DNA from: Pirellulales bacterium
GTDB lineage: Bacteria; Planctomycetota; Planctomycetia; Pirellulales; UBA1268
Direction: 5' to 3'
DNA length: 64,000 nucleotides
Assembly: GCA_044369655.1 (NCBI GenBank)
Contig: JBILWX010000001.1
Location: 56,133-120,132 of the forward strand
The position numbers were made by a program, and so were the translations under genes. Every line of letters begins with the position of its first letter. Position 1 is the first letter of the stretch. Positions 58,530 to 64,000 of this stretch are shown here, piece after piece. Below the pieces are notes generated by a model, which had not been told where the DNA came from, ran no database searches, and saw nothing but the letters and a program-made list of their open reading frames with translations.

Positions 58530-59666
58530 TCATGTGCGTCGCACGACGCCCCGTACGAGCAGATCGCCGCCGGGGCGTGAGACATGCTCGATTGCGATCG
58601 AGGCCGCTGCCGCGAGCAGCGAGATCCCTGCGCCGCCGACCGGGGCGGGCGCCGCCGCGCCGCCGATGATCGTCGGGGCGATGAACGCCCACACCTCGTC
58701 GATGGTCTGTGCATCAGCCAGGCTTCCCAGCACCGTCGGGCCGCCTTCGACGAGCACGTTCGTGAGTCGCCTCGATCCCAGTTCGACGAGCAACGACTCC
58801 AGGCGTTGCTGCGGACGCTCGTCGCGGCCTTGCCAGACCTCGCATCCAGCCGCTTCCAAGTGCCGCAGGCGGTCGGCGGGAGCCGTCGGGCCCGTCGCTA
58901 TGAGCAGCGGCACCTCGCGAGCGGTGCGGACCAGACGGCTTTCCAGCGGCAGGCGGGCCGAGCCGTCGAGCACGATCCGCAGCGGCTGCCGCGGCCCGGC
59001 CGGCCGCGCGGTCAGGAGGGGATCGTCGGCGAGTGCCGTGCCGATGCCACAGAGGATGCCATCCATCCGCCCGCGAAGCCCATGCACGAGCGCCCGCGAG
59101 GCTTCCGACGAGATCCAACGGCTCGCCCCGGCGGCGGTCGCGACGCGACCATCGAGACTCATCGCCCACTTCGCGATCAGCCAGGGCCGCTTGCGCTCCA
59201 CCAGTGTGCGGAAGGGGGCTGTCAGCCGTCGGCACTCCGCCTCGCAGAGGCCTGTCTGCACCTCGATGCCAGCCTGACGCAGGGCGGCGATGCCGCCGCC
59301 GTCGACGGCTGGAAATGGATCACGGCAGGCCACGAGCACCCTCGCGATGCCGGCGGCGATGATGGCGTCGGTGCAGGGAGGCGTCTTGCCGTGATGGCAG
59401 CAGGGCTCCAGCGTGACGGCCAGTGTGCCCCCACGGGCCGCGGCTCCGGCGGCGGTCAGCGCCGACACTTCCGCGTGCGGACCGCCAAACGCGGCGTGCC
59501 AGCCCTCGGCGACGATCCGGCCGGCGCCGTCGACGCCAGGTGCGGCCGCGACGACCGCGCCCACCATCGGATTGGGTTCGACGAATCCCTCGCCACGGCC
59601 GGCCAGTTCGAGGGCCCGCCGCATCAGTTGCTCATCGAATCCGGTGGCGGACCCGCCTTCGCGCAT
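58530..59666 (-). CDS. ribD: Bifunctional riboflavin biosynthesis deaminase/reductase RibD
   Basis: Deaminase zinc motifs HAEVSAL and TLEPCCHHGKTPPC, followed by the reductase domain (KWAMSLDGRVA). Confidence 0.9.
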   Translation of the reverse strand: MREGGSATGFDEQLMRRALELAGRGEGFVEPNPMVGAVVAAAPGVDGAGRIVAEGWHAAFGGPHAEVSALTAAGAAARGGTLAVTLEPCCHHGKTPPCTDAIIAAGIARVLVACRDPFPAVDGGGIAALRQAGIEVQTGLCEAECRRLTAPFRTLVERKRPWLIAKWAMSLDGRVATAAGASRWISSEASRALVHGLRGRMDGILCGIGTALADDPLLTARPAGPRQPLRIVLDGSARLPLESRLVRTAREVPLLIATGPTAPADRLRHLEAAGCEVWQGRDERPQQRLESLLVELGSRRLTNVLVEGGPTVLGSLADAQTIDEVWAFIAPTIIGGAAAPAPVGGAGISLLAAAASIAIEHVSRPGGDLLVRGVVRRT

Positions 59667-59679
59667 GGACGGCCTCACC

Positions 59680-61905
59680 TCAGCCCGGCGTCCAGATCGA
59701 CTTCTTCTCACCTGCCGGACCCGACTGGTCGCCACCCGGCGTCCACAGGCGTCCGGTTTCGGCGGCCGGCTTGCCGCCACCCATCGGCATCCCTGCAGCG
59801 CCCGGCATCTGCGTCGCAGCAGACTGCGCGGCCAAGGCAGCGAGGTCGACCCCCGCCTCCCCGAGCACTTCGGCCAGCGCCGCGATCACCTTCTGATCGC
59901 GGGCATGCTCCCGCTGCAGGTGATTGAGCAGCCGCATGATGCCGGCCTCGTCGGCGCGCGAAAGCCGGACACGCAATTCGGCGACGTCGAGCATGCCGTC
60001 GTTGGCGTTGAGCGTCGTGGCGAGTTCCCGGAGTTTGGCGATGATCGCGAGTTTCTCCAGGCTCGTCGCCGCCCGATCCTCGAGCAGGCCATAGGCCTCC
60101 CAGCGGTCGGCCGGCGTGGTGTCGGCCCGCGACACGATCGCCTCGGCGGCCCGCGCGGCCGACAGGTCGAAGCCGGCGTCGAGCGAGGTGAGGAAGAGCG
60201 CCCGGAGTTCGTCGACCGGGAGCCCGTCGAGCACGACCCGGTGCCAACGCAGCGGCGGCACCTCCTCGAGCGGACGTTCCGATCGCAGTGGCGCTGGCGC
60301 GGGCAGCCCCAGTGTTCCGCGAACGGCCGTCCAGGCGGCGGAGGCGTCGGGTTGGCGAGAGGCCGCCTCCCCCTCGTTGATCATGGCTTCCACGCGACGG
60401 GCTGGTTCCTTTCCCGCCTCGGCGGCAGCCTGTCTGGGCGTCTTGCCGAGCAGTTCGGGAAGTGGTGTATCGGGCCAGACCGCCAGGAACCGATCCCAGA
60501 CCGCCTGCCGCTGTCGGGCGAGCAGCCGGTCGACCATGGAAGGACCGTCGGCAGCCGCAGGCTCCTTCGACAATTCCCCCGGCTTGACGCGGAACTGCGT
60601 GTTTTGCAGCCAGGCGGTGGGCGAGGTGGTGGGGAGGCGACCGCGGCCGGTGTCCACCGGGGCGGCGAAGGTGCAGGCGAGGATGTGTTCGACCACCGGC
60701 TTGGCTTCCGCGACGTCGGGCTCGAAGCCCTGCAGCACCGCCTCGGGCTCTCGGTCGGTCTGCCGTCCGAAGATCATCAGCGATGCCAGCAGGCGATCGG
60801 GCTGCCCTGCCGATGACGAAGCGCCCGTCGGTGCCGGAGCAAAGACCCGCCACACCGAGTGGGGTGGCGCCGCGCCACGCGCCACCCACGCCGAGCGATC
60901 GAATGTCGAGACATCGAAGCGTCCATCGTGGCGGAGTTTGTCTTCCAAGAGCTCGATTCCACCGCCTGCAGCATCACCGGCCGCGGATGCGAGCGGGGCG
61001 ATGATGCTCGTGATGGTCACGACGGGCGAGCGATCCGGGTCGGCCTCTGTTTCCATCGCGATCGCACGGCCCGTGGCCTCGACGGCGTCGTCGGACATGC
61101 CGGCGCGGAGTCTGGCGACGGTCAGCCAGGCCTCCGAAGCTTCGTATGGCCGGGCGAGCATCTCGCAGAGAACCGCGATGTTGGTGAACAGTTCGGGGCT
61201 CTCACCCGCAACCGTCTTCAGGCTGCGGAACGTGGCGAGGGACTTCGAAAGCCGCCAGTCGGCGGCCGCTTTCAACGCCGATTCGAACTCGAAGCGATAG
61301 GGTGAATCAGCCGGTGACGCCTCGAACGACACCTTGGTGCGAAGCGCCGGCGGAACGCCGCCGGCGCCGACGATCGAGGCCAGCACCTGCCGCTCTTCCT
61401 CGCTCCCGAGCGACTTGTCGATCAGCCATTCAACGATGCCTTGGGCACAGCCCGGATGGCTCGTCTGGGCGGCTGCCTGCACGAGCGTCTGGGCCGTCCG
61501 CACGAGGTCCTGAGGCATCTCGGCACCGGTCACCTCGCCGGCCTTCTCCCGCGCCTGGTCGAAGAGCGCCATGGCCTCCTGCATCCGCCCGACGATCGCC
61601 TCGGACACCGCAGCCTGGCCGAGGGCCACCGGGTTGTCCGGGCACGCTTCCAGAAACGCCATGCTGCCCGCCGCGGCCTCGGCGAACTGCTTGGTGGCCA
61701 ACTGCAGCCGGGTGCGGTGGGCCATGAGGCAGGCCCGCCCCGGATACCGCTGCGTCAGTTTGTCGACCTCCGCGAGCGCCGCCGCATATTGCTGCCCCTC
61801 GGTCAGCCGGTCGAGTTGTTCCAGGTCGCCCACGAGTTCGGAGCAGCAGAACTTGATCTTCTTGCCGGTGCCGCCGGGACAGGGCGAATAGGGGTCGATG
61901 GGCAT
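59680..61905 (-). CDS. Large helical/TPR-like protein with an N-terminal degenerate SEC-C motif
   Basis: The N-terminus PYSPCPGGTGKKIKFCC resembles the SEC-C metal-binding motif CPCGSGKKYKKCC, with the second Cys replaced by Gly. The gene ends 13 nt before ribD. Confidence 0.65.
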   Translation of the reverse strand: MPIDPYSPCPGGTGKKIKFCCSELVGDLEQLDRLTEGQQYAAALAEVDKLTQRYPGRACLMAHRTRLQLATKQFAEAAAGSMAFLEACPDNPVALGQAAVSEAIVGRMQEAMALFDQAREKAGEVTGAEMPQDLVRTAQTLVQAAAQTSHPGCAQGIVEWLIDKSLGSEEERQVLASIVGAGGVPPALRTKVSFEASPADSPYRFEFESALKAAADWRLSKSLATFRSLKTVAGESPELFTNIAVLCEMLARPYEASEAWLTVARLRAGMSDDAVEATGRAIAMETEADPDRSPVVTITSIIAPLASAAGDAAGGGIELLEDKLRHDGRFDVSTFDRSAWVARGAAPPHSVWRVFAPAPTGASSSAGQPDRLLASLMIFGRQTDREPEAVLQGFEPDVAEAKPVVEHILACTFAAPVDTGRGRLPTTSPTAWLQNTQFRVKPGELSKEPAAADGPSMVDRLLARQRQAVWDRFLAVWPDTPLPELLGKTPRQAAAEAGKEPARRVEAMINEGEAASRQPDASAAWTAVRGTLGLPAPAPLRSERPLEEVPPLRWHRVVLDGLPVDELRALFLTSLDAGFDLSAARAAEAIVSRADTTPADRWEAYGLLEDRAATSLEKLAIIAKLRELATTLNANDGMLDVAELRVRLSRADEAGIMRLLNHLQREHARDQKVIAALAEVLGEAGVDLAALAAQSAATQMPGAAGMPMGGGKPAAETGRLWTPGGDQSGPAGEKKSIWTPG

Positions 61906-62115
61906 GCTGTGATGATCTCCGGGAAGCGGGCTGTCGAGCGTGTCCGGCAATGTACCACCAGCACTCCGTCCGGGCGAGTTGCCGCCTGTCCGCCGCCGCT
62001 GCATACTTTGCGGTTCTCAGCGGCGTTTCGCGGCCGAGGGCAGGCGGCCAATACCGCGGCGGAACGTCTCGAGTTCGTTCCTCCCGTCGCCAGCCACATC
62101 CGCCCGAGCCATCCC

Positions 62116-63495
62116 GTGCAGCAGCCCCGCATCCTCGTCGTCGATTCCGCGGGCAGCGCCGGCCTGCCCTACGCCAAACTCCTCGCCCGCCTGCAGCCGT
62201 TCGAGGTGCGGGTGGAAAAGTCGCTCGCAGGGGCAGTCGCCACGCTCTCCCGCGACTCGTGGGACCTCGGCGTCGTGACCGCCCGTTCGGATCCATCCGC
62301 CGATGTCCTTCACGCCGCGCTCAGGCAGGCCGATCCCCAGCTGCCGATGGTGGTGATCGATCCACGGCCGAACATCGACACGGCCCGCGTCTGCCTGCAG
62401 GCGGGCGCGGGGGAGTACCTCGACCTGGGGAGGGCCGAGGCCGAGCTCGAGGACGCGTTGGTGAGGCTGCTGACGGAGTCGCGGCGGAAAGCGGCGGAGG
62501 AGGTGCTCCGTCGCGCCGTCGAGCGCCCCTATTCGTTCGATGACTTTCTGGGGGAAAGCCCGGCGATGCGGCAGGTCTATTCGATCATCGACCGGATCGC
62601 GTCGAGTTCCGTGGACGTGCTCGTGACGGGCGAGACCGGAACGGGCAAGGAACTGGTGGCCCGGGCCATTCATCTCCGCAGCCGCCGCAGCGGGGGGCCC
62701 TTCGTGCCCGTCGACTGCGGTGCGATTCCCGACGCCCTCATGGAGAGCGAACTCTTCGGCCATGAGCGGGGCGCCTTCACCGGGGCCGACGCCAGGCGGA
62801 TGGGATTGGTCGAATGTGCGGACGGTGGCACGCTCTTTCTCGACGAGGTTGGCGAACTGCCGCTGCCGTTGCAGGCAAAACTGCTGCGGGTGCTGCAGGA
62901 ACGACGGGTGCGGCGGGTGGGGGCGCGGCTCGAAAATGCGGTCGACGTGCGGGTGATCGCGGCGACGTCGAGAAACGTCGATGAGATGGTCGAGCGGGGC
63001 GAGTTTCGCCGCGACCTCCTCTACCGGATCAACGTGGTGCGGATCGACCTGCCGCCGCTCCGTGTTCGTGGCGACGACATCGGGCTGTTGGCCGAGTTTT
63101 TCGCCAACCGCGCCGCCCAGGAGATGGGCCGGCGGGTGAACGGACTGTCTACCGACGTCTATCAGGTGCTGAAAAGCTACCATTGGCCGGGCAACGTTCG
63201 CGAACTGCAGAACGTCGTCCGCCGGGCGATCGCCATGACGCAGTCCCCCACGGCCGGAGTGGATGATCTCCCTGACGAGCTGGTCGCTGCGGCCGGCCGC
63301 ACCAGCGCCGCGGCGGGCTATTTCGCGCAGCGTGCCGAACACGTGGCCAGGTTTGAAAAGCAGTATCTGCACGACCTGCTCTCGCGTCACTCGGGCGACG
63401 TGTCGGCAGCCGCCCGCGACGCCCGCCTGCCCCGCGGCACGCTCTACCGGCTCATGAAGACCCACGGCCTCGACGGATCCGCATTTCGGAAGTGA
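62116..63495 (+). CDS. Sigma-54-dependent transcriptional activator (NtrC family) with an atypical receiver domain
   Basis: AAA+ core with Walker A GETGTGKE, an intact GAFTGA and a C-terminal Fis-type HTH. GTG start chosen at VQQPRILVVD. An in-frame ATG at 61912 would abut the divergent gene start. Confidence 0.85.
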   Translation: MQQPRILVVDSAGSAGLPYAKLLARLQPFEVRVEKSLAGAVATLSRDSWDLGVVTARSDPSADVLHAALRQADPQLPMVVIDPRPNIDTARVCLQAGAGEYLDLGRAEAELEDALVRLLTESRRKAAEEVLRRAVERPYSFDDFLGESPAMRQVYSIIDRIASSSVDVLVTGETGTGKELVARAIHLRSRRSGGPFVPVDCGAIPDALMESELFGHERGAFTGADARRMGLVECADGGTLFLDEVGELPLPLQAKLLRVLQERRVRRVGARLENAVDVRVIAATSRNVDEMVERGEFRRDLLYRINVVRIDLPPLRVRGDDIGLLAEFFANRAAQEMGRRVNGLSTDVYQVLKSYHWPGNVRELQNVVRRAIAMTQSPTAGVDDLPDELVAAAGRTSAAAGYFAQRAEHVARFEKQYLHDLLSRHSGDVSAAARDARLPRGTLYRLMKTHGLDGSAFRK

Positions 63496-63502
63496 GCGGC
63501 CA

Positions 63503-64000
63503 GTGCGAACACGTGCCCGAGTCAACGCCCCTTCCCGGTCTCCGTCCCGGTCTCCGTCTCCGTTCGGCTTTCTCAACGGCCTCGGTCGGCGCTGGCCGAC
63601 GATCCTGGTCGTCACCTATGCGGTCGCAGCCTTCAGTTGGTCGATGCCGGCCGGCCTGTTTCCGCCGAAGCCCGTCATCGACCGGGTGACGGCTGGTCCG
63701 TTCCTGGTGCTGGGGTTGTGGCAGTCGTGGGACATGTTCTCTCCCGATCCTCGCACCGCCGACATGTGCGTGGAGATGCGGTGCACCGATCGTGACGGCA
63801 CCAGCGATCGCAGAATGCTCACCGACATGGTCGCGATGGGCTTCTTCGAGCGCTGGCAGAAGGATCGGTGGCGCAAATATTTCAACGACCACCTCCGGCT
63901 CGACGACGAACGGTTTCTCTGGCGGCCGTTCGCCGACTATGCCGCACGACGACTGCGGGCCGAGGGGAACGACCCGGTGGCGATCGAGCTGGTGCGCTGG
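63503..64000 (+). CDS. Hypothetical membrane protein; the 3' end lies outside the window
   Basis: Open GC3-rich frame running to the window end. It has a transmembrane helix (ILVVTYAVAAFSW) and a WQSWDMFSPDP motif. It is not in the ORF track, presumably because there is no stop codon. The GTG start at 63503 is a guess. Confidence 0.45.
   Translation, partial: MRTRARVNAPSRSPSRSPSPFGFLNGLGRRWPTILVVTYAVAAFSWSMPAGLFPPKPVIDRVTAGPFLVLGLWQSWDMFSPDPRTADMCVEMRCTDRDGTSDRRMLTDMVAMGFFERWQKDRWRKYFNDHLRLDDERFLWRPFADYAARRLRAEGNDPVAIELVRW

Noticed and set aside
59667-59679. FMN riboswitch upstream of ribD
   Set aside because: Only 13 nt separate ribD from the upstream gene, so there is no room for an RFN element.
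61940-61960. Minus-strand sigma-54 promoter (reverse complement CTGGTGGTACATTGCC) upstream of the SEC-C motif gene
   Set aside because: The GG to GC spacing is 9 rather than 10, and the -24 box is TGGTGG rather than TGGCAC.

Overview
This is a high-GC (about 65-70% by eye), gene-dense chromosomal window. Its gene content looks planctomycete-like: an H4MPT-type formyltransferase, DUF1080, DUF1015 and DUF11 proteins, many ECF/sigma-70 genes and a sigma-54 activator. All protein calls rest on motifs I recognise in the supplied translations; no database search was run. Most genes are housekeeping: purU, an M16 peptidase pair, an ornithine decarboxylase + homospermidine synthase pair, crcB, parA-parB with parS sites, ahcY, trpF, pfk, acs, cysK, infC-rpmI-rplT-pheS-pheT, ribD and one tRNA-Pro(UGG). 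I found no rRNA, CRISPR array, transposase or integrase. Many long ORFs in the track are antisense shadow ORFs typical of GC-rich DNA and were discarded. Seven things deserve a second look. (1) Two mirror-image modules, each a parS site plus a ~143-bp self-complementary repeat, bracket a single DUF1015 gene beside parAB. (2) Three perfect short tandem-repeat arrays (19 bp x6, 15 bp x6, 16 bp x4) sit exactly at gene boundaries. Two contain the stop codon of the minus-strand gene, and one is an in-frame 5' extension of the decarboxylase. (3) A TMTC-like GT-C/TPR membrane glycosyltransferase lies next to a polyprenol-phosphate-mannose synthase. (4) An ABC exporter is fused to an N-terminal PH-like/zinc-ribbon module and a C-terminal DUF1854 domain. 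(5) An Ftr/FhcD gene stands alone. (6) infC can only start at AUC and has a hairpin-rich leader. (7) A sigma-54 activator has a receiver domain that lacks the phospho-acceptor Asp. No single complete novel multi-gene system can be proven from sequence alone.
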